64,000 nucleotides of DNA. It comes from Squalus acanthias (taxonomy: Eukaryota). The position numbers were made by a program, and so were the translations under genes. The notes beneath the pieces are model-generated. The model did not search any database and was not told the origin of the DNA. It saw only the letters and a list, made by a program, of their open reading frames with translations. Shown here one piece after another: positions 38,833-53,500 of the stretch. The stretch lies in assembly GCA_030390025.1 (NCBI GenBank), contig CM059432.1, positions 134,108,001-134,172,000 on the forward strand, read 5' to 3'. Every line of letters starts with the position of its first letter. Within the stretch, counting starts at the first letter, position 1.

Positions 38833-41800
38833 ACATAAGAACATAAGAAATAGGAGCAGGAGTAGGCCAATTGGCCCCTCGAGCCTGCTCCGCCATTCAA
38901 TAAGATCATGGCTGATCTGATCCTAACCGCCAATCTACTATCACAGAACCATCTCCTGAACCTAACAGAATTGGACACATGAAATAGGAGCAGGATCAGG
39001 CTACACGGCCCCTGGGCCCGCTACGCTACCCACAGGGCCATGACCGATCCGAACCTAGACTCTTGTCCAAATTCCTGCCCGCTCCCCGTAACCCTTAATT
39101 CCCTTTACTTCTAGGAAACTGTCTATTTCTGTTTTAAATTTATGTAATGATGTAGCTTCTACAGCTTTTTGGGGCAGCATATTCCATGGACCTACCACCC
39201 TCTGAGTGAAGTAGTTCCTTCTCATCTCAGTTTTGAAAGAGCAGCCCCTTATTCTAAGACTATGCCCCCTAGTTCTAGTTTCACCCATCATCGGGAACAT
39301 CCTCCCCGCATCCACCCGATCCAACCCCTTCACAATCTTATATGTTTCAAAAGATCGCCTCTCATTCTTCTGAACTCCAATGAGTAGAGTCCCAATCTAC
39401 CCAACCTCTCCTCATATGTCCATCCCCTCATCCCCAGGATTAACCGAGTGAACCTTCTTTGTACTGACTTGAGAGCAAGTATGTCTTTTCTTAAGTATGG
39501 ACACCAAAACTGTATGCAGTATTCCAGGTGCGGTCTCACCAATACCTTGTACAACTGAAGCAATACCTCCCTATTTTTATATTCTATCCCCCTAGCAATG
39601 AAAGCCAACATTCCATTGGCCTTCTTAATCACTTGCTGCACCTGCATACTAACCTTTTGAGTTTCGTGCACCAGGACCCCCAGATCCCTTTGTACTTCAG
39701 TACTTTCCAATTTCTTGCCATTAGATAATAACTTGCTCTACTATTTTTCCTGCCAAAGTGCATAACCTCACACTTTCCAGTATTGTATTCCATCTGCCAA
39801 ATCTCTGCCCACTTACTTAGCCTGTCTATGTCCCCTTGCAGATTTTTTATGTCCTCCTCACTCACTACTTTCCCTCCCATCTTAGTATCATCTGCAAACT
39901 TTGATATGTTACACTCGGTCCCCTCCTCCAAATCGTTAATATAGATTGTAAAGAGTTGGGGACCCAGCACTGACCCCTGCGGAACACCACTAGTTACTGA
40001 TTGCCAGTCTGAGAATGAACCATTTATCCCAACTCTCTGCCTTCTGTTAGATAGCCAATCCTCTATCCATGCCAGAATATTACCCCCAATCCCATGATTT
40101 TTTATCTTAAGCAATAATCTTTTGTGTGGCACCTTGTCAAATGCCTTTTGGAAGTCTAAATACACCACATCCACTGGTTCCCCTTTATCCACCCTGTATG
40201 TTACTTCCTCAAAGAACTCCAGCAAATTTGTCAAACATGACTTCCCCTTCATAAAACCATGCTGACTTTGCCCTATTAAATTATGATTATCCAAATGTCC
40301 CGTTACTGTCTCCTTAATAATGGACTCCAAAATATTACCTACCACAGATGTTAGGCTAGTTTCCAGCCTTCTGTCTACTGCCCTTTTTAAATAAGGGTGT
40401 TACATTAGCAGTTTTCCAGTCTGCCGGGATCTTTGCTGAGTCCAGGGAGTTTTGGAAAATTATTACCAATGCATCCACAATCCCTACCGCCACTTCCCTC
40501 AAGACCCTAGGATGTAAGCCATCAGGTCCAGGTGATTTATCCGCCTTGAGTCCCATTATTTTACTGAGTACCACTTCCTTAGTGATTTTGATCGTGTTTA
40601 ACTCCTCCCCCCCTATAGCCCCCTGTTTGTCCAGTGTTGGGATATTCTTAGTGTCCTCTACTGTAAAGACTGATACAAAATATTAATTCAGTGTATTTGC
40701 CATCTCCATATTTCCCACCATTAATTTCCCGGTCTCATCCTCTAAGGGACCAACATTTACTTTAACCACCCTTTTTCTTTTTATATAACTATAAAAACTC
40801 TTACTATCTGTTTTTTATATTTTTTGCTAATTTACTTTCATAATCTATCTTCCCTTTCTTAATCAATCTTTTTGTTATTTTTTGCTGTCTTTTAAAGTTT
40901 TCCCAATCCTCTATCCTCCCACTAGATTTGGCTACCTTATATTCCCTTGTTTTTAGTTGAATACTATCCTTAATTTCTTTACTGAGCCACGGATGACTGT
41001 CTTTTCTTTTGCACCCTTTTCTTCTCAGTGGAATATATATTTTTTGGAAGTTGTAAAATAACTCCTTAAATGTACACCACTGATCATGTATCGTCTTACT
41101 CTTTAATCTATTTTCCCAATTCACTCTACTCAATTCCGCTCGCATACCTTCATAGTCTCCTTTATTCAAGCTTAGCACGCTTGTTTGAGATCCAACCTTC
41201 TCACCCTCTAATTGAATATGGAATTCAACCATGTTATGGTCACTCATTCCAAGGGGATCCTTTACTAGGACATTTTTAATTAATCCTGTCTCGTTACACA
41301 GGACCAGATCTAAGGTTGCTTGCCCCCTGGTCGGTTCAGTTACATACTGCTCAAGAAACCCATCCCTAATACACTCAATGAACTCATCCTCAAGGCAGCC
41401 CTGCCCAATTTGATTTGCCCAATTAATATGATAGTTAAAATCCCCCATAATTATAGATGTTCCCTTATTACAAGCCTCAACTATTTCCTGATTGATACTC
41501 TGTCCAACAGAGTTGCAACTGTTCGGAGGCCTATAGACTACGCCCACTAATGTTTTTTCCCCCTTATTATTCCTTATCTCCACCCAAACTGTTTCATTAT
41601 CCTGATCTTTTGACCCAATATAATTTCTCTGTATTACAGTGATTCCTTCCTTTATTGACATAGCCACCCCACCTCCCCTTCCTTCCTGCCTGTCCTTCCT
41701 GATCATTAAATAACCTGGTATGTTTAATTCCCAGACATTGTCACCCTGCAGCCATGTTTCTGTAATGGCCACAAGATCATACCCCTATGTAGTTATTTGT

Positions 41801-43510
41801 GCCATTAACTCGTCTATTTTGTTACGAATGCTACATGCATTCAGATAGAGAACATTCAAATATGTTTTGTGACACTTAGTTCCTGCTTTTGCCCTTTTTA
41901 TTACTTTACCTTTTACTCCATACCTTCTGCCCCTTCCTGACACACTCTGGTTTTTAATTTCCCCACTGCTACCTAAGCCTATGATCTTCTCTGTTGTCAT
42001 TTTTATTATTTGCTCTCTAGGAACCTCCCCTCCACTAGTTAGTTTAAAGCCCTCTCTACAGCCCTAGTTATATGATCTGCCAGGACTCTAGTCCCAGCAC
42101 TGGCCAAGTGAAGCCCGTCCCAACAGAACAGCTCCCTCCTGCCCCAGTACTGGTGCCAGTGTCCCAGGAAGCAAAACCCATTTCTCCCACACCAGTCTTT
42201 GAGCCACTCATTTAACTCTCTAATTTTATTTGTCCTAGCCAAATTCACTCGTGGCTCAGGTAATAATCCAGAGATTATTACCCTTGAGGTTCTGTTTTTT
42301 AATTTGACCCCTAGCTGCTCATACTCCTTTAACAGAACCGGCTTCCTTGTCCTATCTACGTCGTTTGTACCAACATGGACCACGACAACTGGATCCACCC
42401 CCTCCCACTGCAAGTTTCTTTCCAGCCCAGAGGAGAAGTCCTTAACCCTGGCACCAGGCAGGCAACACAGCCTATGGGACTCTCGCTCTCGGCTGCAGAG
42501 AACTCTATCTATCCCCCTAATAATACTATCCCCTACCACTACAACATTTCTATTTACTCCCCCCTCTTAAATGGCCCCCCATTCCACGGTGCTGTGGCCA
42601 GGTTGCTCATCCTCCCTGCAGTCCCTGCTCCTGTCCCCACAGGGAGTAAGAACCTCAAACCTGTTGGACAAGAGCAAAGGCTGCGGCTCCTCCAACACTA
42701 CCTCCTGGATCCCCGTACCTGCCTCACTCGTAGTCACACTGTCCTGTCCCTGACCATGGGCTACCTCTGAATTAATTAACTTCATAGGTGTGACCACCTC
42801 CTGAAATACAGAGTCCAGGTACTTCTCCCCCTCCCTGATGTGTCGCAGTGTCTGAAGCTCAGACTCCAGCTCATCAACACGGAGCCGGAGTTCCTGCAGC
42901 AGCAGACACTTGTCACAGATGTAATCACCGTGAGCCTCAATGGGGTCCACCGGCTCCCACATCTCGCAACAGTAACACATTAATTAAATTTTTTTATTGT
43001 TAGTTATGGACACTCTCTGCCCGATTATAGATGCTAGTATCTCCTCTAATTAAATGGATTTAAATTAAATCAATCCCTCTAATTTACACCAACAGTCACT
43101 CTGCACCAGAAAGGCCTTATTAACTACAACCCACAGAGTTAAAGTTTGAAAAGAGCACCCTACACCCCACTCACCCGAACTCACACTTATCCAAACTCAG
43201 TGCTCTCTGCTGACTTGCACTCGGTGCTGGCTCGCACTAGCACTGGTCTTTTTATACTGTTTGTTTGTTTACAGCCAAATGAGTCACCCCTGCTGATTGA
43301 TTAGAAAACTGGTTTCCACTGCCTGCTGTGCCAATTTACTCCTACTGCAGTGTAACCTTGTTTTACTCTTCTTAAACCAACAGTATCCCAAATATTTAAC
43401 TTTTCCCCTTCACTTAAACTGCTGAAGTACTCTTATCAAGAATGATTTAAAGAGAACTAACAATTAAAGAACTCTCACACTTACCCAAACTCAGCACTCT
43501 CTGCTGACTC
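38833..43510 (-). mobile_element. CR1 LINE #4, near full length, degenerate
   Basis: TSD GCACTT (38827-38832; 43511-43516); ACATAAGA tail; ORF1 pieces 42567-42980 (CYCC...CDKC, zipper) and 42039-42539 (VGDS, GTND, DGLH esterase); ORF2 pieces between 39055 and 42000. Confidence 0.95.
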
Positions 43511-43931
43511 GCACTTGCTGTATATCTGTGTTTAATACCCACGTTGTATATCTGTGTTAAATGCACTTGCTGTATATCTGTGTTAAATACCCCTGTTCTT
43601 TATCTGTGGTAGATACACATGCTCTATATCTGTGTTAAATAGACTTGATGTATATCTGTGTTACATACCCATGTTGTATATCTGTGTTAAAAACCCAAGT
43701 TGTATATCTGTGCAAATACACTTGTTGTATATCTGTGTTAAATAAACTTGTTGTATATCTGCGCTCAATACCCACGCGGTATTTCTGTGTTAAATGCACT
43801 TGTTGTATATCTGTGTTAAAGACCCTTGCTGTATATCTGTGTTAAATGCACTTTTTCTATTTCTGTGTTAAATACCCTGTTGTATATCTGTGTTAAATGC
43901 ACTTTTTGTATACCTGTGTTAAATACACATG

Positions 43932-44567
43932 GGCCCAGATATTCCGATCGCAGGCCTTCCCCCAGGATCTGGAAAAATCTGCGCCCTCACCTGAGGGCTC
44001 CCGGGAGGTGCACAATTCCACTGCTGGGCCTCTCCAAACTGCCGGTGTGCAGGGCCCCACGTATCCCAGAGGCGCAGGTAGTTCGCAGCGTCCCTGGGAT
44101 CACGTGGGCCATGGGGAGCCAGTCAGAGAAGGGAATCTCCCTTCATACATTTGACAGGAAGACCTGTCAATTATATGAATGGAGATCACCCCCAAAACAT
44201 AGTAAAACTTCAAATAAACATCACATTTTTAAAATGACTTAAAATTGCATAAATTAACTATTTTAAACAAAAATTTAAATTTCTTAAAAAAATAATTAAA
44301 GTTTTTAACGGGGCTAAAAATAAACTTACCTTTTTTAAAACTTTTTTTCAACTCTTATCCTGGTAAAAGCCTACTTTTACCAGACGCAAGAATTGTAAGT
44401 GTTTTCTGCGGGCAGAGGGTCTCCAAAAAGCAGAACTATCCGCCCGCAGAGCCCCTTCTCCCGGGCAGCCAGAGGATCTGTCAAGAGCTTACTTGACAAA
44501 TCGGAAATGCTGGTTTCGAGCACATGTGCAGTGCATGCCTGAAACCGTCTTTTCCAATGTCCGGCCC
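43932..44567. mobile_element. Harbinger-type MITE (636 bp) distantly related to family X
   Basis: Ends GGCCCAGATATT / GGGCCGGACATT, TSD ATG; shares GGGATCACGTG, an AT-rich core and AAAAATAAACTTACCT with 2614-3356. Confidence 0.8.
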
Positions 44568-47500
44568 ATGTTGTATATCTGTGTTAAATGTACTTGCTGT
44601 ATAAATGTGAAATACCCATGTTGCATATCTTTGTTAATTACCCATGCTGCATATCTGTGATAAATACCCATGCTGTATATCTGTGTTAAATGCAATTTCT
44701 GTATATCAGTGTTAAATACCCATGTTCTATGTTTGTGTTAAATACCCATGATGTATATCTGTGTTAAATACCCATGCTGTATGTCTGGGTTAAATAGCTA
44801 TGTTGTATATCTGTGTTAAATATTCATGTTGTGTTTCTATGTTAAATAACAATGCTGTATATGAGTTAAATACCCATGATGTATATCTGTGTTAAATACC
44901 CATGTTGTATATCTGAGTTAAATACCCATGACGTATATCTGTGTTAAATATTCATGTAGTGTTTCTATGTTAAATAACAATGCTGTATATCTGTGTAAAA
45001 TGCACCTGTTGGATATCTGTGTTATATTTCCATGTGGTATCTCTGTGTTAAATGTACTTGCTGTATATCTATTTTAAATACCCTTGCTGTATATCCGTGT
45101 TAAATACGCATGTTGTATATCTGTGTTAAATGCTCTTGTTGTATATCTGTGTTAAATAACCATGCTGTATATCTATGTTAAATGCATTGTTCTACTTCTG
45201 AGTTAAATACCCCTGCTGTATATCTATGTTAAATGCATTTGTTCTATTTCTGAGTTAAATACCCATGATGTATATCTGTGTTAAATGCAATTGCTGTATA
45301 TCTGTGTTAAATACCCATGTTGTATATCTGTGTTAAATGCAATTGCTTTATATTTGTGTTAAATACCCATGATGTATATCTATGTTAAATATCCATGATG
45401 TATATCTGTGTTAAATGCAATTGCTGTATATCTGTGTTAAATACCCATGTTGTATATCTGTGTTGAATAACTATGCTGTATATCTGTGTTAAATACCCAT
45501 GCTGTATATCTGTGTTAAATACCCATGTTGTATATCTGTGTTAAATACCAATGCTGCATATCTGTGTTAAATACCCATGCTGTATATCTGTGTTAAATAC
45601 CCATGTTGTATATCTGTGTTAAATACCAATGCTGCATATCTGTGTTAAAGACCCATGCTGTATATCTGTGTTAAATGCTCTTGTTGTATATCTGTGTAAA
45701 AAAGCCATGCTGCATATCTGTGGTAAATGCACTTGCAGTGTATCTGTGTTAAATACCCATGCTCTATATCTGTGTTAAATGCAATTTTCTATATTTGTGT
45801 TAAATACCCATGCTGTATATCTGTGTTAGATGAAATTGGTCTATATCTGTGTTAAATACCCATGTTGTAAATGTGTTAAATGCAATTGCTGTATATCTAT
45901 GTTAAATACCCATGCCGTATTTCTGTGTTAAATGCATTTGTTCTTCATCTGTGTTAAATAACCATGCTGTACATCTGTGTTAAATAGACTTGCTGTATAT
46001 CTGTGTTAAATACCCATGTTGTATACCTGTGTTAAATACCCATGTTGTATATCTGTGTTAAATAAACTTGTTGCATATCTGTGTTAAATAACCATGCTGT
46101 ATATCTGTGTTAAATAAACTTGTTGTATATCTGTGTTAAATAACCTTGTTGTATATCTGTGTTAAATAACCTTGTTGTATATCTGTGTTAAATAAACTTG
46201 TTGCATATCGGTGTTAAATAACCTTGTTGTGTATCTGCGTTCAATATCCACGCTGTATTTCTTTGTTAAATGCACTTGTTGTATATCTGTCTTAAATGCA
46301 TTTGCTGTATATCTGTGTTAAATACCCATGCCGTATTTCTGTGTTAAATGCATTTGTTCTTCACCTGTGTTAAATACCCATGTTGTATATCTGTGTTAAA
46401 TAACCATGCTGTATATCTGTGTTAAATACCCATGCCGTATTTCTGTGTGAAATGCATTTATTCTTCATCTGTGTTAAATACCCATGCTGTATATCTGTGT
46501 TAAATACCCATGATGTATATCTGTGTTAAATACCCATGCTGTATATCTGTGTTAAATAACCATGTTGTATATCTGTGTTAAATAAACTCGTTGCATATCT
46601 GTGTTAAATAACCTTGTTGTATATCTGCGTTCAATGCCCACGCAGTATTTCTGTGTTAAATGCATTTGCTGTATATCTGTGTTAAATACCCATGTTGTAT
46701 ACCTGTTTTAAATGCACTTGTTATATATCTGTGTTAAATACCCATGCTGCAGATCTGTGTTACATCCCCATGCTGTATATCTGTGTTAAATACCCATGTT
46801 GTATATCTGTGTTAAATTCCCATGTTGTATATCTGTGTTAAATACCCATGTTGTATATCTGTGTGAAATACCCATGCTGCATATCTGTGTTAAAGACCCA
46901 TGCAGTATATCTGTGTTAAATGCTCTTGTTGTATATCTGTGTGAAATACCCATGCTGCATATCTGTGTTAAAGACCCATGTTGTATATCTGTGTGAAATG
47001 CATTTTTGTATATCTGTGTTAAATACCCATGTTATATATCAGTGTTAAATGCACTTGTTATATATCTGTGTTAAATACCCATACTGTATATCTGTGTTCA
47101 ATGCACTTGCTCTATATCTGTGTGAAATACCCATGTTGTATATCTTTGTTAAATACCCATGCTGTATATCTGTGTTAAATACCCATGTTGTATATCTGTG
47201 TGAAATACCCATGCTGCATATCTGTGTTAAAGACCCATGCAGTATATCTGTGTTAAATGCTCTTGTTGTATATCTGTGTAAAAAAGCCATGCTGTATATC
47301 TATGTTAAATGCACTTGCAGTATATCTGTGTTAAATACCCATGCTCTATATCTGTGTTAAATGCACTTTTTCTATATTTGTGTTAAATACCCATGCTGTA
47401 TATCTGTGTTAGATTAAGTTGGTCTATATCTGTGTCAAATACCCATGTTGTATATCTGTGTTAAATGCAATTGCTGTATATCTATGTTAAATACCCATGC

Positions 47501-50500
47501 CGTATTTCTGTGTTAAATGCATTTGTTCTTCATCTGTGTTAAATACCTATGTTGTATATCTGTGTTAAATAACCATGCTGTATATCTGTGTTAAATAGAC
47601 TTGCTGTATATCTGTGTTAAATACCCATGTTGTATATCTGTGTTAAATACCCATGTTGTATATCTGTGTTAAATAAACTTGTTGCATATCGGTGTTAAAT
47701 AACCTTGTTGTATATCTGTGTTAAATAAACTTGTTGCATATCTGTGTTAAATAACCGTGTTGTATATCTGTGTTAAATAACCATGCTGTATATCTGTGTT
47801 AAATAAACTTGTTGTATATCTGTGTTAAATAACCTTGTTGTATATCTGTGTTAAATACCCATGTTGAATATCTGTGTTAAATAAACTTGTTGTATATCTG
47901 TGTTAAATACCCATGTTGTATATCTGTGTTAAATAACCATGGTGTATATCTGTGTTAAATAACCATGTTGTTTATCTGTGTTAAATACCCATTTTGTATA
48001 TCTGTGTTAAATCCCCATGTTGTATATCTGTGATAAATAAACTTGTTGCATATCTGTGTTAAATAACCATGCTGTAGATCTGTGTTAAATAAACTTGTTG
48101 TATATCTGTGTTAAATACCCATGTTGTATATCTGTGTTAAATAAACTTGTTGCATATCTGTGTTAAATAACCTTGTTGTATATCTGCATTCAATGCCCAC
48201 GCAGTATTTCTGTGTTAAATGCATTTGCTGTATATCTGTGATAAATACCCATGTTGTATACCAGTTTTAAATGCATTTGTTCTTCATCTGTGTTAAATAC
48301 CCATGTTGTATATCTGTGTTAAATAACCATGCTGTATATCTGTGTTAAATAGACTTGCTGTATATCTGTGTTAAATACCCATGTTGCATATCTGTGTTAA
48401 ATAAACTTGTTGCATATCTGTGTTAAATAACCTTGTTGTATAGCTGCGTTCAATACCCATGCAGTATTTCTGTGTTAAATGCATTTGCTGTATATCTGTG
48501 TTAAATACCCATGCAGTATATCTGTGTTAAATGCTCTTGTTGTATATCTGTGTGAAATACCCATGCTGCATATCTGTGTTAAAGACCCATGCAGTATATC
48601 TGTGTTAAATACCCATGTTGTATATCTGTGTGAAATGCATTTTTGTATATCTGTGTTAAATACCCATGTTATATATCAGTGTTAAATGCACTTGTTATAT
48701 ATCTGTGTTAAATACCCATACTGTATATCTGTGTTCAATGCACTTGCTCTATATCTGTGTGAAATACCCATGTTGTATATCTTTGTTAAATACCCATGCT
48801 GTATATCTGTGTTAAATACCCATGTTGTATATCTGTGTGAAATACCCATGCTGCATATCTGTGTTAAAGACCCATGCAGTATATCTGTGTTAAATGCTCT
48901 TGTTGTATATCTGTGTAAAAAAGCCATGCTGTATATCTATGTTAAATGCACTTGCAGTATATCTGTGTTAAATACCCATGCTCTATATCTGTGTTAAATG
49001 CACTTTTTCTATATTTGTGTTAAATACGCATGCTGTATATCTGTGTTAGATTAAGTTGGTCTATATCTGTGTCAAATACCCATGTTGTATATCTGTGTTA
49101 AATGCAATTGCTGTATATCTATGTTAAATACCCATGCCGTATTTCTGTGTTAAATGCATTTGTTCTTCATCTGTGTTAAATACCTATGTTGTATATCTGT
49201 GTTAAATAACCATGCTGTATATCTGTGTTAAATAGACTTGCTGTATATCTGTGTTAAATACCCATGTTGTATATCTGTGTCAAATACCCATGTTGTATAT
49301 CTGTGTTAAATGCAATTGCTGTATATCTATGTTAAATACCCATGCCGTATTTCTGTGTTAAATGCATTTGTTCTTCATCTGTGTTAAATACCTATGTTGT
49401 ATATCTGTGTTAAATAACCATGCTGTATATCTGTGTTAAATAGATTTGCTGTATATCTGTGTTAAATAACCATGCTGTATATCTGTGTTAAATAAACTTG
49501 TTGTATATCTGTGTTAAATAACCTTGTTGTATATCTGTGTTAAATACCCATGTTGTATATCTGTGTTAAATAAACTTGTTGTATATCTGTGTTAAATACC
49601 CATGTTGTATATCTGTGTTAAATACCATGGTGTATATCTGTGTTAAATAACCATGTTGTTTATCTGTGTTAAATACCCATTTTGTATATCTGTGTTAAAT
49701 CCCCATGTTGTATATCTGTGATAAATAAATTTGTTGCATATCTGTGTTAAATAACCATGCTGTAGATCTGTGTTAAATAAACTTGTTGTATATCTGTGTT
49801 AAATACCCATGTTGTATATCTGTGTTAAATAAACTTGTTGCATATCTGTGTTAAATAACCTTGTTGTATATCTGCATTCAATGCCCACGCAGTATTTCTG
49901 TGTTAAATGCATTTGCTGTATATCTGTGATAAATACCCATGTTGTATACCAGTTTTAAATGCATTTGTTCTTCATCTGTGTTAAATACCCATGTTGTATA
50001 TCTGTGTTAAATAACCATGCTGTATATCTGTGTTAAATAGACTTGCTGTATATCTGTGTTAAATACCCATGTTGCATATCTGTGTTAAATAAACTTGTTG
50101 CATATCTGTGTTAAATAACCTTGTTGTACAGCTGCGTTCAATACCCATGCAGTATTTCTGTGTTAAATGCATTTGCTGTATATCTGTGCTAAATACCCAT
50201 GTTGTATACCTGTGTTAAATGCACTTGTTATATATCTGTGTTAAATACCCTTGCTGCAGATCTGTGTTAAATCCCCATGCTGTATATCTGTGTTAAATAC
50301 CCATGTTGTATATATGTGTTAAATAAACTTGTTGCATATCTGTGTTAAATAACCATGCTGTATATCTGTGTTAAATAACCATGCTGTATATCTGTGTTAA
50401 TTACCCATGATGTATATCTGTGTGAAATACACATGCTGTATATCTGTGTTAAATGCATTTGTTCTTCATCTGTGTTAAATACCCATGTTGTATATCTGTG

Positions 50501-53500
50501 TTAAATAACCATGCTGTATATCTGTGTTAAATAGACTTGCTGTATATCTGTGTTAAATACCCATGTTGCATATCTGTGTTAAATAAACTTGTTGCATATC
50601 TATGTTAAATAACCTTGTTGTATATCAGCGTTCAATACCCATGCAGTATTTCTGTGTTAAATGCATTTGCTGTATATCTGTGTTAAAGACCCAAGCTGTA
50701 TATCTGTATTAAATGCTCTTGTTGTATATCAGTGTAAAAAAGCCATGCTGTATATCTGTGTTAAATGCACTTGCAGTATATCTGTGTTAAATACCCATGC
50801 TCTATATCTGTGTTAAATGCACTTTTTCTATATTTGTGTTAAATACCCACGCTGTATATCTGTGTTAGATTAAATTGGTCTTTTTCTGTGTCAAATACCC
50901 ATGTTGTATATCTGTGTTAAATGCATTTGTTCTTCATCTGTGTTAAATACCTATGTTGTATATCTGTGTTAAATAACCATGCTGTACCTCTGTGTTAAAT
51001 AGACTTGCTGTATATCTGTGTTAAATACCCATGTTGTATATTTGTGTTAAATACCCATGTTGTATATCTGTGTTAAATAAACTTGTTGCATATCTGTGTT
51101 AAATAACCATGCTGTATATCTGTGTTAAATAAACTTGTTGTATATCTGTGTTAAATAACCTTGTTGTATATCTGTGTTAAATACGCATGTTGTATGTCTG
51201 TGTTAAATAAACTTGTTGCATATAGGTGTTAAATAACCTTGTTGTATATCTGTGTTAAATAAACTTGTTGTATATCTGTGTTAAATAACCTTGTTGTATA
51301 TCTGTGTTAAATAACCATGCTGTATATCTGTGTTAAATAAACTTGTTGTATATCTGTGTTAAATAACCAAGTTGTATATCTGTGTTAAATAACCATGTTG
51401 TTTATCTGTGTTAAATACCCATTTTTTATATCTGTGTTAAATACCCATGTTGCAGATCTGTGTTAAATCCCCATGTTGTATATCTGTGATAAATAAAATT
51501 GTTGCATATCTGTGTTAAATAACCATGCTGTAGATCTGTGTTAAATAAACTTGTTGTATATCTGTGTTAAATACCCATGTTGTATATCTGCGTTCAATAC
51601 CCACGCAGTATTTCTGTGTTAAATGCATTTGCTGTATATCTGTGTCAAATACCCATGTTGTATATCTGTGTTAAATGCATTTGTTCTTCATCTGTGTTAA
51701 ATACCTATGTTGTATATCTGTGTTAAATAACCATGCTGTACCTCTGTGTTAAATAGACTTGCTGTATATCTGTGTTAAATACGCATGTTGTATGTCTGTG
51801 TGAAATGCATTTTTGTATATCTGTGTTAAATAACCATGCTGTACCTCTGTGTTAAATAGACTTGCTGTATATCTGTGTTAAATAACCATGCTGTACCTCT
51901 GTGTTAAATAAACTTGTTGCATATCGGTGTTAAATAACCTTGTTGTATATCTGTGTTAAATAAACTTGTTGTATATCTGTGTTAAATAACCTTGTTGTAT
52001 ATCTGTGTTAAATAACCATGCTGTATATCTGTGTTAAATAACCAAGTTGTATATCTGTGTTAAATAACCAAGTTGTATATCTGTGTTAAATCCCCATGTT
52101 GTATATCTGTGATAAATAAAATTGTTGCATATCTGTGTTAAATAACCATGCTGTAGATCTGTGTTAAATAAACTTGTTGTATATCTGTGTTAAATACCCA
52201 TGTTGTATAACTGTGTTAAATAACCATGCTGTATATCTGTGTTAAATAGACTTGCTGTATATCTGTGTTAAATACCCATGTTGTATATCTGTGTTAAATA
52301 AAATTCTTGCATATCTTTGTTAAATAACCTTGTTGTATCGTAGCGTTCAATGCCCACGCAGTATTTCTGTGTTACATGCATTTGCTGTATATCTGTGATA
52401 AATACCCATGTTGTATACCTGTTTTAAATGCATTTGTTCTTCAACTGTGTTAAATACCCATGTTGTATATATGTGTTAAATAACCATGCTATATATCTGT
52501 GTTAAATAGACTTGCTGTATATCTGTGTTAAATACCCATGTTGCATATCTGTGTTAAATAAACTTGTTCCATATCTGTGTTAAATAACCTTGTTGTATAG
52601 CTGCGTTCAATACCCATGCAGTATTTCTGTGTTAAATGCATTTGCTGTATATCTGTGTTAAATACCCATGTTGTATACCTGTGTTAAATGCACTTGTTAT
52701 ATATCTCTGTTAAATACCCTTGCTGCAGATCTGTGTTAAATCCCCATGCTGTATATCTGTGTTAAATACCCATGTTGTATATATGTGTTAAATAAACATG
52801 TTGCATATCTGTGTTAAATAACCATGCTGTATATCTGTGTTAAATAACCGTGCTGTATATCTGTGTTAATTACCCATGATGTATATCTGTGTGAAATACA
52901 CATGCTGTATATCTGTGTTAAATGCATTTGTTCTTCATCTGTGTTAAATAACCATGCTGTATATCTGTGTTAAATAGACTTGCTGTATATCTGTTTTAAA
53001 TACCCATGTTGCATATCTGTGTTAAATAAACTTGTTGCATATCTATGTTAAATAACCTTGTTGTATATCAGCGTTCAATACCCATGCAGTATTTCTGTGT
53101 TAAATGCATTTGCTGTATATCTGTGTTAAATACCCATGTTGTATACCTGTGTTAAATGCACTTGTTATATATCTCTGTTAAATAACCTTGCTGCAGATCT
53201 GTGTTAAATCCCCATGCTGTATATCTGTGTTATATACCCATGTTGTATATCTGTGTTAAATACCCATGTTGTATATCTGTGTTAAATACCCATGTTGTAT
53301 ATATGTGTTAAATAAACTTGTTGCATATCTGTGTTAAATAACCATGCTGTATATCTGTGTTAAATAACCATGCTGTATATCTGTGTTAATTACCCATGAT
53401 GTACATCTGTGTTAAATACACATGCCGTATTTCTGTGTTAAATGCATTTGTTCTTCATCTGTGTTAAATACCCATGTTGTATATCTGTGTTAAATAACCA

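Noticed and set aside
47045..48997. Cys/Tyr-rich ORFs (e.g. MHLLYICVKYPCCISVLNT...) here and at 3703, 20227, 38078 and 57424
   Set aside because: They are translations of the 26-bp satellite (3 units = 26 codons), open only where TAA codons are mutated; no zinc-finger spacing or splice evidence.
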